Positions 55,597 through 64,000 of a DNA stretch of 64,000 nucleotides are shown one piece after another. The translations under genes were made by a program, and so were the position numbers. This DNA is from an uncultured Candidatus Rokubacteria bacterium. GTDB taxonomy: Bacteria; Methylomirabilota; Methylomirabilia; Rokubacteriales; DASRDR01. Below the pieces are notes generated by a model, which saw nothing but the letters and a program-made list of their open reading frames with translations, did not search any database and was not told the DNA's origin. The stretch spans positions 1,056,001 through 1,120,000 of the forward strand of contig CAWGVS010000006.1 of assembly GCA_963826115.1 (NCBI GenBank). Direction: 5' to 3'. Positions within the stretch are counted from its first letter, which is position 1; every line of letters begins with the position of its first letter.

Positions 55597-56289
55597 GTGC
55601 GCGTGATCCGTGGCGTCATGGGGGCGGTGAGACGGCATCCGCGGATCTTCCTCGGGGTCGCGGCCGCGGTCGTGGCGATGTCGATCCTGGGGCCGGTCCT
55701 GGTCCTGTCGGTGGCGCGGAAGCCCGTCGACTACTTCACGTTCAATCCCTGGCTGAAGCGCCTGCCGGCGTACGTCGTCTCGGACACGATCCCGCTCGAG
55801 CAGAAGCTCGAGAAGCTGCCCGCGCTCGCCCTCTTCTGGTTCTCCGCGGACAGCCCGTACGGCGGCACCGACTGGGGCTTCGCCGTCGACGTCACCGACG
55901 TGGCGCGCATCCTGTTCCTGGCCGCGCTCTTCGGCGCGTACTTCGCGCTGGTCGCGCGGCGCCGCGCGGAGCGGGGGCCTGCCGGGACCGGGACAGCGGC
56001 CGCGCGCCGCGGTGGCGTCGCCGGCATGTTCGCCAGCGTCGTGGGCTTGTCGACGGGGCCCTGCAGCGTGATGGGTTGCGGCGCGCCCGTGCTTCCGGTG
56101 GTCGGGCTCGCGTTCGCCGGGCTGTCGAGCGGGACGCTCGCGTTCCTCGCGAGCCTCTCCCGCGTCACGACGCTTCTGATGTTCGTCGCCCTGCTCGCCG
56201 CCGTCGTCGCGCTGGGATGGCGGGTGGGTGGCACCGGGCGGACTGGAGTTACGCCGGCGCGCACTCCCGTCCGGCAAACGACTCCCTAG
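55597..56289 (+). CDS. Membrane protein with a GPCSxxGCG motif
   Basis: About four hydrophobic segments and a conserved-looking Cys pair. Confidence 0.7.
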   Translation: MRVIRGVMGAVRRHPRIFLGVAAAVVAMSILGPVLVLSVARKPVDYFTFNPWLKRLPAYVVSDTIPLEQKLEKLPALALFWFSADSPYGGTDWGFAVDVTDVARILFLAALFGAYFALVARRRAERGPAGTGTAAARRGGVAGMFASVVGLSTGPCSVMGCGAPVLPVVGLAFAGLSSGTLAFLASLSRVTTLLMFVALLAAVVALGWRVGGTGRTGVTPARTPVRQTTP

Positions 56290-56878
56290 ACCCGGGGTAG
56301 CGTCGCAAGAGGTCCGCGATCGCATCGCAGGGGCGAGGGCGGTCCGGCGGGGTGGGCTGACCCGAGGCGAGAGCTGCCTGATGCTGGGCGAAAAGCCAGG
56401 CGTACATCCGGTCCAGCGCCGCCTGCTCCGACATCCCCTTGACCTGGATCAGGATGTCGACGGCTCGGGCGTCGGCGTCCAGCGTCTTCTGGGCGAGCTC
56501 GCGCTGGCGGTCGACCAGCGAGGTGGCCTTCCCGGGCCCGCGGAGCATCTCGTAGGCGAGGGCCATTGCGATGACGAGGTCCCGGTTGGAGGCCCCCAAG
56601 ACGCGTCGGCTCAGATAGAGCGCGCCCCCCTTGTACACTGCCGCGCTAGACGCGAACTGCGGCAGCGACGGGCTTCCTACCCACGACGCGACAGAGACCT
56701 CGAGCGGCGCCAGCATCCGGTAGCGCTGGGCCGTCGACCGAACGAGGGTCCGGATCTCCTCGAGGCTGGCCGTCTCCTCGGCGGTGAGCGGTGACGTCTC
56801 CTGGCCCCAGGCGGTGACGGGGGCAACGGCGAGAGCGACGAGGGCCATCGAGCGGAGCCAGAGGGCGACGGGTCGCAT
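56249..56878 (-). CDS. Exported hypothetical protein, M48-peptidase-like but lacking HExxH
   Basis: Signal peptide and GGAGG RBS. ALAYEMLRG stands where AHELGH would be, followed by LDADARAVDIL. Confidence 0.6.
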   Translation of the reverse strand: MRPVALWLRSMALVALAVAPVTAWGQETSPLTAEETASLEEIRTLVRSTAQRYRMLAPLEVSVASWVGSPSLPQFASSAAVYKGGALYLSRRVLGASNRDLVIAMALAYEMLRGPGKATSLVDRQRELAQKTLDADARAVDILIQVKGMSEQAALDRMYAWLFAQHQAALASGQPTPPDRPRPCDAIADLLRRYPGSRESFAGRECAPA

Positions 56879-56916
56879 GGACCGAGCCTCCTCCTCCCGG
56901 CCGGATTCCGGCCGAG

Positions 56917-57648
56917 CTAGCCGCGCAGTGTCCGCATGACCTCTTCGTTCGCCATCGCCGCGTCCGGGCCGCCCTCGAAGAGGATCTCGCCGCGGTCGAT
57001 GGCGTAGAGCCGGTCGGCGATGCGGCTGGCGGTCGCGAGGTTCGACTCGGCGATCAGGAGCGACACGCCCATGCCCTTGATCAGCCGGGCCGCCTCGATG
57101 AACCGGCTCACCACGACGGGCGCGAGGCCCTCGAAGGGCTCGTCGAGCAGGAGGATCGAGGGGGAGAGGGTGAGCGCCCGCGCGATCGCGACCATCTTCT
57201 TCTGGCCGCCGGAGAGGTTCAGGCCGCGGCGGCTCAGGAACTGCCGGACCTCGGGGAAGAGCTCGAACACCCGCTCGTCGACGCTCGTGCCCGCCGCCAG
57301 GGAGCCCTTGCGGCCGGCGGCGACGAGCGACTGGGCGATCTCGAAGTTCTCCGCGACCGTCAGGTCGGGGAAGATGCCGGCATCCTCCGGGGCGTAGCCG
57401 ATGCCGATCCGCGCGCGCTCGTACGTGGCGAGCTTCGTGATGTCCCGATCCTGGAGCAGGATTCGGCCGCCCCGGATCGGCAGGATCCCCATCGTGCTCT
57501 CGATCGTGGTCGTCTTGCCCGCGCCGTTCCGCCCGACCAGGCAGACCGCCTCGCCTGCGCCGACGCGGAGGGAGATGCCCTGGAGCACGTGGGCGGCTCC
57601 CCGGTAGGTGTGGACGCCCTCCAGCTCGAGCATCGCCCCCGCGGTCAC
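56917..57648 (-). CDS. livF: Branched-chain amino acid-type ABC ATPase (LivF-like)
   Basis: GRNGAGKTT, LSGGQ and LLLDEPFEGLAP motifs. Confidence 0.9.
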   Translation of the reverse strand: MTAGAMLELEGVHTYRGAAHVLQGISLRVGAGEAVCLVGRNGAGKTTTIESTMGILPIRGGRILLQDRDITKLATYERARIGIGYAPEDAGIFPDLTVAENFEIAQSLVAAGRKGSLAAGTSVDERVFELFPEVRQFLSRRGLNLSGGQKKMVAIARALTLSPSILLLDEPFEGLAPVVVSRFIEAARLIKGMGVSLLIAESNLATASRIADRLYAIDRGEILFEGGPDAAMANEEVMRTLRG

Positions 57649-57658
57649 GGCGTGCCCT

Positions 57659-58414
57659 TCACCGGGTCGCGTGGGTGCCGAGGAGCGTCATCGCCACCTG
57701 CTCGTTCCGCCGGATCTCGTCCGGCGTGCCCGAGGCGAGGACGGCTCCCTGGTGCATGGCGACGATGCGGTCGGAGTAGCGGAACACGATGTCCATGTCG
57801 TGCTCGATCACGACGGCGGTGATGCCCTCGGCGCGGACGACGGCGGTGACGATGTCCATGATGGGCGCTTTCTCTCGAGTGCTGACGCCGCTGGTCGGCT
57901 CGTCGAGGAACAGGAGCTTCGGCCGAAGCGCGTAGGCGAGCGCCACGTCGAGGAGCTTCCGTTCGCCCTGCGAGACGGCCCCGGCGAGCATGGCCGCCTT
58001 GCCCTCCATCCCGAACTGTCGGAGCACCGCCACGGCCTCGTCCCGGACCGCGTGGTCACGGTCCGCCAGCTTCCACAGCCAGCGCGTCTTTCCCTGGCGC
58101 GAGAAGATGGTCAGGGCGACGTTGTCGAGCACGGTCAGATGGTCGAACAGGTTCACCAGCTGGAAGCTGCGCGCGATGCCGGCGCGGATCCGCCCGTTGA
58201 TGGACTCGCGCGTGATGTCCTGCCCGTCGAACACGAGGGCCCCGCGGTCCGCGTGGAAGAAGCCGCTGATGAGGTTCACCAGCGTCGTCTTGCCCGCCCC
58301 GTTCGACCCGATCAGGCCGAGGAACTCGCCCTTGCGGATCGTCAGCGTGACGTCGTCGACCGCCCGGTTGTCCCCGAACGTCTTCGTGACGTTCCGGATC
58401 TCGAGCAGGCTCAC
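57659..58414 (-). CDS. livG: Branched-chain amino acid-type ABC ATPase (LivG-like)
   Basis: GSNGAGKTT, ARSFQ, LDEPTSG and IEHDM motifs. GTG start at 58414. Confidence 0.9.
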   Translation of the reverse strand: MSLLEIRNVTKTFGDNRAVDDVTLTIRKGEFLGLIGSNGAGKTTLVNLISGFFHADRGALVFDGQDITRESINGRIRAGIARSFQLVNLFDHLTVLDNVALTIFSRQGKTRWLWKLADRDHAVRDEAVAVLRQFGMEGKAAMLAGAVSQGERKLLDVALAYALRPKLLFLDEPTSGVSTREKAPIMDIVTAVVRAEGITAVVIEHDMDIVFRYSDRIVAMHQGAVLASGTPDEIRRNEQVAMTLLGTHATR

Positions 58415-59412
58415 GACCGCGATCTCCCCCGCCAGCGGGCGACGAGCTGGCCCGCCGTCCCCACGAGGCCGGTGGGCATCGCGAGGACGAGGGTGACCAG
58501 GATGACGCCGAGCACCAGCTGCCAGTAGACGGTGGCGCCGACGGCCCACACCTCGAGGTAGTTGTACACGAAGGCCCCGACGATCGGACCCCAGAAGGTG
58601 CGGAAGCCGCCGAGGACCACCATGAACACGATCCGCCCGGAGAACGGCCAGTAGAGGATGTCCGGCGTCGTCAACCCGTTCAGAGGCACCCACAGGGCGC
58701 CGGCCAGGCCGGTGAAGGCGCCCGACACCAGAAACGCCACGTAGCGATACCGGCGGACCTGGACGCCGACGAACTCCGCCCGGACCTCGTTGTCCCGGAT
58801 GGCCTGGAGGGCCTTCCCGAACGGCGAGTGGACGATCACCCACATGACGGCGGTCGCGACCGCGAACACGCCGAGGACGTAGTAGTAGTACCGGGTCGCG
58901 AGGAACGTCGTCTTGTCCGCGCCGGGGGCGCCCACGACGCCCAGCAGCGTCGGGGTCGGCACCCGGAGCCCGTCGGTCCCGCCGGTGACCCAGAAGAACT
59001 TCATGGCGAGGCTCCAGAGCACCTGCGAGAGCGCGAGCGCGAGGATGCCGAAGAAGATCCGCGTGTAGCGGACGCACACCGAGCCGATCAGCGCCGCCAC
59101 CACCAGGGAGGCCAGCACGCCGCCCACGACGAAGGCCTCCATGGACCGGACGCCCCCGTACTTCACGAGGAACGCCGCGGCGTAGGCGCCGGCGCCGAAG
59201 AAGGCGGAGTGGCCGAACGACAGGAGGCCGGTGTAACCGAGGAGCAGGTTGAAGCCCAGGGCCGCGATTCCGAAGATCAGCCCGTAGGAGACCTGGAGCG
59301 TCTCGAAGGGCGGGAGCACCAGGGGGAGGACGAGAAGGATCGCGCTCCCCAGCGCCACGAGGGCCAGGCGCCCGGGGGTGACGCGGCCGGCGGCGGGGCT
59401 CGTCGCGCTCAT
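58411..59412 (-). CDS. livM: ABC permease (LivM-like)
   Basis: GYTGLLSFGH.AFFG.GAY, SPFG..L.AIRDNE and LGG...F.GP motifs. Confidence 0.9.
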   Translation of the reverse strand: MSATSPAAGRVTPGRLALVALGSAILLVLPLVLPPFETLQVSYGLIFGIAALGFNLLLGYTGLLSFGHSAFFGAGAYAAAFLVKYGGVRSMEAFVVGGVLASLVVAALIGSVCVRYTRIFFGILALALSQVLWSLAMKFFWVTGGTDGLRVPTPTLLGVVGAPGADKTTFLATRYYYYVLGVFAVATAVMWVIVHSPFGKALQAIRDNEVRAEFVGVQVRRYRYVAFLVSGAFTGLAGALWVPLNGLTTPDILYWPFSGRIVFMVVLGGFRTFWGPIVGAFVYNYLEVWAVGATVYWQLVLGVILVTLVLAMPTGLVGTAGQLVARWRGRSRS

Positions 59413-60284
59413 GCGCGCCCGAACAGGCCCGCGGGCCGGATGAACAGGACGATCGCGGCGATGAGGTACAGCACGGCAAGCTCGACCTCCGCGAAGTACG
59501 TGATGCCGAGCGTCCGGAGCGCGCCGACGATCAGCGCGCCCGCGAGCGCGCCCTCCAGCGAGCCGAGCCCGCCGATGACCACCACGACGAAGGCCAGGAT
59601 GAGCGCCTCGACGCCCATGCCCAGGACCGCGCCGGAGATGGGCATGACCACCGCCCCCCCGAGGCCCGCCATGAAGCAGCCGATCGCGAACGCCTGGACG
59701 TAGACGCGCTTCACGTTGACCCCCAGCGCTGCCGCCATCCGCATGTCCTGGGAGGTCGCCCGGAGCATGATCCCGAAGCGGGTCTTGTAGACGAAGGCCC
59801 AGAGGCCGGCCGCCGCGACGGCGCCGATCACGATGACGAAGAGGTTGTAGCCGGGGTAGGTGGCCCCCAGTATGGTGACGCTGCCGAGGGCATCCGAGAG
59901 CGCGCTGGCCGTGAGGGGATACGGTCCCCACACGAGGCGCAGGAGATCCTCGAGGATCAAGAGCAGCCCGAACGTGATGAGGAGCTGGTATTCCTCCGCC
60001 CGTCGGTAGAGCGGCCGCAGCATCGTCGGCTCGAGGATCGCTCCGGCGAGCGCGGCCGCGGCCGCGCCGACCAGGAGCACGAGGAAGAGCGCCGCCGGCG
60101 GAACGCTGCCCGCGATAAGCCCCACGGTCCAGGCTGCGACGTAGGCGCCCAGCGCGTAGAGGTTGCCGTGCGCCATGTTGACGATGCGCATGACGCCGTA
60201 GACGAGCGTCAGCCCGCTCGCGATGAGAAACAGGATGGACGCGTAGAAGAGGGAGTTCAGGATCTGGATGACTAGCGTGTCCAC
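59409..60284 (-). CDS. livH: ABC permease (LivH-like)
   Basis: GLTLVYG...VNMAHG, T.FG..LRA and VVIGGLGS..GA motifs. Confidence 0.9.
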   Translation of the reverse strand: MDTLVIQILNSLFYASILFLIASGLTLVYGVMRIVNMAHGNLYALGAYVAAWTVGLIAGSVPPAALFLVLLVGAAAAALAGAILEPTMLRPLYRRAEEYQLLITFGLLLILEDLLRLVWGPYPLTASALSDALGSVTILGATYPGYNLFVIVIGAVAAAGLWAFVYKTRFGIMLRATSQDMRMAAALGVNVKRVYVQAFAIGCFMAGLGGAVVMPISGAVLGMGVEALILAFVVVVIGGLGSLEGALAGALIVGALRTLGITYFAEVELAVLYLIAAIVLFIRPAGLFGRA

Positions 60285-62530
60285 GGGATCGCCTTCACGG
60301 GCAGGTTCGTGCGGTTGTCGTCGACGGTGAGGGCGACCAGGACCACGTAGCGCCCGGCGCGGTCGACTCTCCGGAGGTCGACCCGGTAGATGCCGGGGTC
60401 GGCCGCTTCCACCGTGCCCGCCGCCGCCACCGCACGGTCCGGCCCGACCACGACGTAGTGGCCGAGGGGCAGGCTCCGCTTGTCCTGCTCGAGGACGCGC
60501 TTGACGAACGGCTCCCGCACGATCTGGTAGTCGCGGCCGAACCGGTCCATCCGCTCGACCTCGGCCTTCAGCAGGAGCTCCTCCGGTCGGACCTCCGCGT
60601 CCGTGACGAAGGCGCGGAGCGGGAGTGCGTGGGCGTTGAAGACGCCGAGCCCGCGCGGGTAGGAGAGGTCGCGGAAGACCTGGAGGACGCTCGTGTCGTC
60701 GGTCCAGCTCGCTAGCCGGTACGGCCCGTTGGTGACCAGGAAGTGTCCCGAGGCGTCGTGGAACGCGCGGAGCGCCGCCCACCGGCTCTCGGCCTCGGCG
60801 GGCGTGACCTGTCCGGCGAGCGCCGCCGGCACGTAGTGGCGCGCGGCCAGCTCGTCGAGGAGCGCCCGGAGACGCGTGCCGAGCGCCCGGTCACGGGCGA
60901 GGTCGAGCCAGGGCACGCCCCGCGCCTCCGCGGTCTCGCGCGAGAACGCCGCCAGGCCGCGGCTCACCGCCTCCTCCGCGAGGGCCAGCACCGGCCACGG
61001 CACGGTCGTCCACGGCGGCGCGATCAGGGCGGTGTCGGCGGGACTCGCTCCCGGCCGCTCGACGTACGCCTCGACGATGGGCACCGCGTAGGTGAGCTTG
61101 TCCTCGCCGAACGCGAGGACGTCGGTCTCGGTGCGCAGGACCCGGAGCGCGACCAGGCCTTCGCGTACCCGGGCGGTGGCGCGTGCGACCGCGGGTTCCT
61201 GGGTCCGCCAGGCGAGGCCGAGCGCGTAGAGGATGTCCGTGGCGTCCAGGGCGGTCTCGTCGTGGAACTTCGAGGCGAGCACCCGGTAGACGACGCGCGC
61301 GCCGGCGCGCTTCCCGGGTCCGACCGCGCGCGGTGCGCCGCTGCCCGGCTCGAACGCGAGGGCGTCCTCGGGAACCGGCAGGCTCGGCGTGCCGAGGTCC
61401 ACCTGGGCGACGGTGACGCGATTGGGGATCCACCCGGCCCCGTGCGGGGAGGGGAAGAAAGCCGGATCGCCGAGCGCGAGCCAGAGGAGCCGGCCCGCCG
61501 GGTCGCTGAAGCCGGCCACCGGATTCCAGGCCGCCGCCGCGCGCTCCGGCACGCCAACCGTCAGCCAGCCATTCCACGGGAAATCCTTCAGCTTGACCGT
61601 GCGCGGGAAGATCGCGGAGCCGATCCCCGCCTGGGCGTCGTACGCGACGTTCTCGACGCCGCCCGAGTAGTCCTGGTTGAGGGGTTCCGTCCGGAGCGTG
61701 TAGCCGGCCACCGAGCGTTCGCACCCCGACCGGAGCAGCGAGACGAGCTCGCGCTCGAGCGTCAGCCGCTCGCGCTCGGGCATGCCGGCGTCGGAGACGA
61801 GGCGCTCGTGGAGCGCGTCGACGCGGCCCCGCGCGCCCGCGTCCTGCACGCCGTCACGGAGGGTCAGATAGGCCTGGTGCCACCCCGCCTTGAGCCAGGG
61901 GAGGCCGACGCCTCCATTCGGGCCCACGGCGTCCTGCGCCCACCAGGAAGAGACCTCCGCCAGCTCGACGGCGGCGTCCCAGTCCGGACCGGAGGACCGG
62001 AGAGCCGGCGGGACCAGGCCCTCCGTCCCGCTCCCGGCGGCGCGCACGCGCAGCGGAGCCCCGGTCCAGACCGCGCCGGTGACGGCGCCCGCCGCCGCGG
62101 CGAGATCGGCGTGCTGGAGGTAGTCGGGGTGATATGGCGTCACGGGATACGGGTACGCGCGGTACCCGGGAGCGGTCGCGAGGGCCTCCGCCACCGTCCG
62201 GGCGGCGAGGCAGCGCGCTCCGGCGTCCCCCGCGAAGCGGGCCGCCGGATTGAGCGTGACGATCACGTATGCGGCGAGCGACTCGACCGTCCCGACGGTG
62301 GAGGGGCGTGGGCGGCCGGCGAAGGGATCGACGCCGAGATAGGCGTGGAGCGCGCCGACCGCGAACTTCCGCGGCGCCGCGGCCGGGGCGAGCACGCTGA
62401 GGGTGATCTCCTGGGGGTAGTACGAGGCGTAGAAGGGAAACTCGTGACCGGCCCGGGCGGGGAGGGTCGCGAAGAGCCACGCGGCGAGCGTCGCGACGAA
62501 GAACGCCACTCGGTGCCGGCGGGCTCTCAT
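60272..62530 (-). CDS. Large exported hypothetical protein (possibly remote family-5 solute-binding-like) inside the liv operon
   Basis: Signal peptide. WNPVAGFSD, KFHD.T...D..Y and VTNGPYRL..W segments are reminiscent of OppA/DppA-type proteins. Confidence 0.65.
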   Translation of the reverse strand: MRARRHRVAFFVATLAAWLFATLPARAGHEFPFYASYYPQEITLSVLAPAAAPRKFAVGALHAYLGVDPFAGRPRPSTVGTVESLAAYVIVTLNPAARFAGDAGARCLAARTVAEALATAPGYRAYPYPVTPYHPDYLQHADLAAAAGAVTGAVWTGAPLRVRAAGSGTEGLVPPALRSSGPDWDAAVELAEVSSWWAQDAVGPNGGVGLPWLKAGWHQAYLTLRDGVQDAGARGRVDALHERLVSDAGMPERERLTLERELVSLLRSGCERSVAGYTLRTEPLNQDYSGGVENVAYDAQAGIGSAIFPRTVKLKDFPWNGWLTVGVPERAAAAWNPVAGFSDPAGRLLWLALGDPAFFPSPHGAGWIPNRVTVAQVDLGTPSLPVPEDALAFEPGSGAPRAVGPGKRAGARVVYRVLASKFHDETALDATDILYALGLAWRTQEPAVARATARVREGLVALRVLRTETDVLAFGEDKLTYAVPIVEAYVERPGASPADTALIAPPWTTVPWPVLALAEEAVSRGLAAFSRETAEARGVPWLDLARDRALGTRLRALLDELAARHYVPAALAGQVTPAEAESRWAALRAFHDASGHFLVTNGPYRLASWTDDTSVLQVFRDLSYPRGLGVFNAHALPLRAFVTDAEVRPEELLLKAEVERMDRFGRDYQIVREPFVKRVLEQDKRSLPLGHYVVVGPDRAVAAAGTVEAADPGIYRVDLRRVDRAGRYVVLVALTVDDNRTNLPVKAIPWTR

Positions 62531-62629
62531 AGCGGCGCGAGCTGGCTCCTCGTTGGGTCGGACGGGTCGGATGCGATCCAGGGGGACGCGGGCCCGGCGG
62601 GCACTGCCCGCCGGGCCCGGGAGTCTCGG

Positions 62630-64000
62630 CTACGCAGTCGCCTGCGGCCAGGTCTCCTCGATCCACTTGAAGGTCGTGGTCGGCTCGCCCTTCGGGTATC
62701 CGGGCGGCGCCGTGAGGCTGCGGATCGGCACCGTGATGACGCGCTTCTGGTCCAGCACCGGGAAGGGGTAGTCCTTCGTCTGCACGCTGAAGCCGGTGAT
62801 GCCGTCCTTGTATCCCTGGTGGTTGTCGGCCCGGATGTGGATGTACCCGGCGGGGCTGTCGTACGAGAGCCCCTCGAGCATCGCGATGATCGCGTCCTCG
62901 TCCGGCCACCCGCCCACGAGCCGGTTCGCCTTCTCGATGGCGAGCTTCAGCATGTGGAGGGTGGTGTAGGAGCCCTCGGCCTGGAAGTTCGGGTACTCCT
63001 TCCAGCGGTCGTAGAATTTCTTCACGAACTGCGTGTTCAGCGGCCAGCGGTTGCCCGGCGGGTACGTGAAGTGGTAGTTCGAGTGGACGCCCGCCACGAT
63101 CCCTTCCGGATGGTCCGGCCCGAGCGCGTGCGGGGCGACGCCGAAGGCCAGCGTGGTCGCCACCTTCATCTTCTTGAACAGGTCGTAGCGGAGCGCCTGC
63201 TTGTAGAGGGCGACGTAGTCACCGCCCCACACCGAGCAGAAGAGCAGGTCGGGCTTCGCCGAGATCGTCTTCGTGATGTGGGCCGTGAACTCCGTGGTCC
63301 CGAGCTTCGGCCAGGCCTCGGAGACGACGTCGATCTTGCCGGGCGTCAGCTTCTTCATCACGACGTTGAAGTGGTCGAAGGCGTTCCGCCCGTAGGAGTA
63401 GTCGGGGTGGATGTGCGCGATCTTCCGGACCTCGGGCCACGCGCTGGCGGCCGCGATCGCGGCGATGCCGCCGTCCGCCGACTGGATGTTCGTCAGCCGG
63501 AAGATGTAGTGGGGGTCCGGGACGGCCTTCTCGAAGAGGAAGTCCGTGCAGCCGTCGACGAAGATCGTCAGGCACTTGACTTCCTCGGCGACCGGGCCGA
63601 GGGCCGGCGTGTTGCCGCTCGAGATGACCCCGGTGAAGAGGTCGATCTTCTCCGAGAGCTTGAGCCGGCGGAGCTCCTTGACGTTGGCGTCGGTGCCCGC
63701 CGCCTCGTCGGCCTTCAGGGTCTCGATCTGGCGCTTGCCGAGGAGACCACCGTCCTTGTTGATCTCCTCCGCGGCCAGGATGTGGCCCTTGTAGGACTGC
63801 TCGCCGAGCACGGCGGCGGGGCCGGTGAAGAACGTCATGTGGCCCGTCTTGAACGGCGTGCTCGGGATGGTGCCCTTCGGAGTGAACTTCTGCTGCGCCT
63901 CCGCGGCCTTCGGCGTCACGATCGAGCCGGCGGTGGCCGCCGCCGCTCCGACCGTCATGCCCAGCCGCTTCAAGAGGTCGCGTCGGGTGACCTGCTCTGC
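62630..64000 (-). CDS. Tat-exported branched-chain amino acid-type ABC substrate-binding protein; start lies beyond the right edge of the window
   Basis: Twin-arginine leader TRRDLLKRLG, plus EEIN..GGLLG and PDYSYG motifs. Confidence 0.88.
   Translation of the reverse strand, partial: AEQVTRRDLLKRLGMTVGAAAATAGSIVTPKAAEAQQKFTPKGTIPSTPFKTGHMTFFTGPAAVLGEQSYKGHILAAEEINKDGGLLGKRQIETLKADEAAGTDANVKELRRLKLSEKIDLFTGVISSGNTPALGPVAEEVKCLTIFVDGCTDFLFEKAVPDPHYIFRLTNIQSADGGIAAIAAASAWPEVRKIAHIHPDYSYGRNAFDHFNVVMKKLTPGKIDVVSEAWPKLGTTEFTAHITKTISAKPDLLFCSVWGGDYVALYKQALRYDLFKKMKVATTLAFGVAPHALGPDHPEGIVAGVHSNYHFTYPPGNRWPLNTQFVKKFYDRWKEYPNFQAEGSYTTLHMLKLAIEKANRLVGGWPDEDAIIAMLEGLSYDSPAGYIHIRADNHQGYKDGITGFSVQTKDYPFPVLDQKRVITVPIRSLTAPPGYPKGEPTTTFKWIEETWPQATA

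Noticed and set aside
1-64000. CRISPR arrays, rRNA/tRNA genes, IS elements, riboswitches (including a cobalamin riboswitch near pduO)
   Set aside because: I saw no regularly spaced repeats, transposase motifs or recognisable structured-RNA consensus by eye, and intergenic regions are short. An Infernal or tRNAscan run would be needed to exclude small RNAs.

Overview
A very GC-rich, gene-dense bacterial window with about 56 real CDS. Many ORF-track entries are antisense or alternative-frame shadows caused by the high GC content. The gene style and paralog families suggest a Candidatus Rokubacteria/Methylomirabilota-like soil organism, which is an inference only. I saw no rRNA, tRNA, CRISPR array, integrase or IS transposase. 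Ordinary content includes two form II CoxL-like molybdoenzyme large subunits, three luciferase-like monooxygenases, several peptidases, peptidoglycan turnover genes (two mltA, ampG, nagZ), pilT/pilU and a liv-type ABC transporter. The strongest candidate for an undescribed system is a tightly coupled six-gene operon at 35283-44805 on the minus strand. It encodes a FabF-like ketosynthase, an ACP, a second ketosynthase with an altered active site, a 7TM-GAF-PAS histidine kinase, a His-to-Asp pseudokinase and a REC-GAF-PAS hybrid kinase, which together look like an acyl-signal synthase encoded with its own receptor. Other notable items are a sigma54-led operon with a catalytically dead MshEN-PilB in front of pilT/pilU, and a cNMP + MalT-like + DASS transporter fusion. 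There is also an actinobacterial-type phosphomutase/DUF3090/SCO1664 trio without mshC, a frameshifted M16 protease, a MazF/PemK remnant, and repeated leaderless-type promoters.
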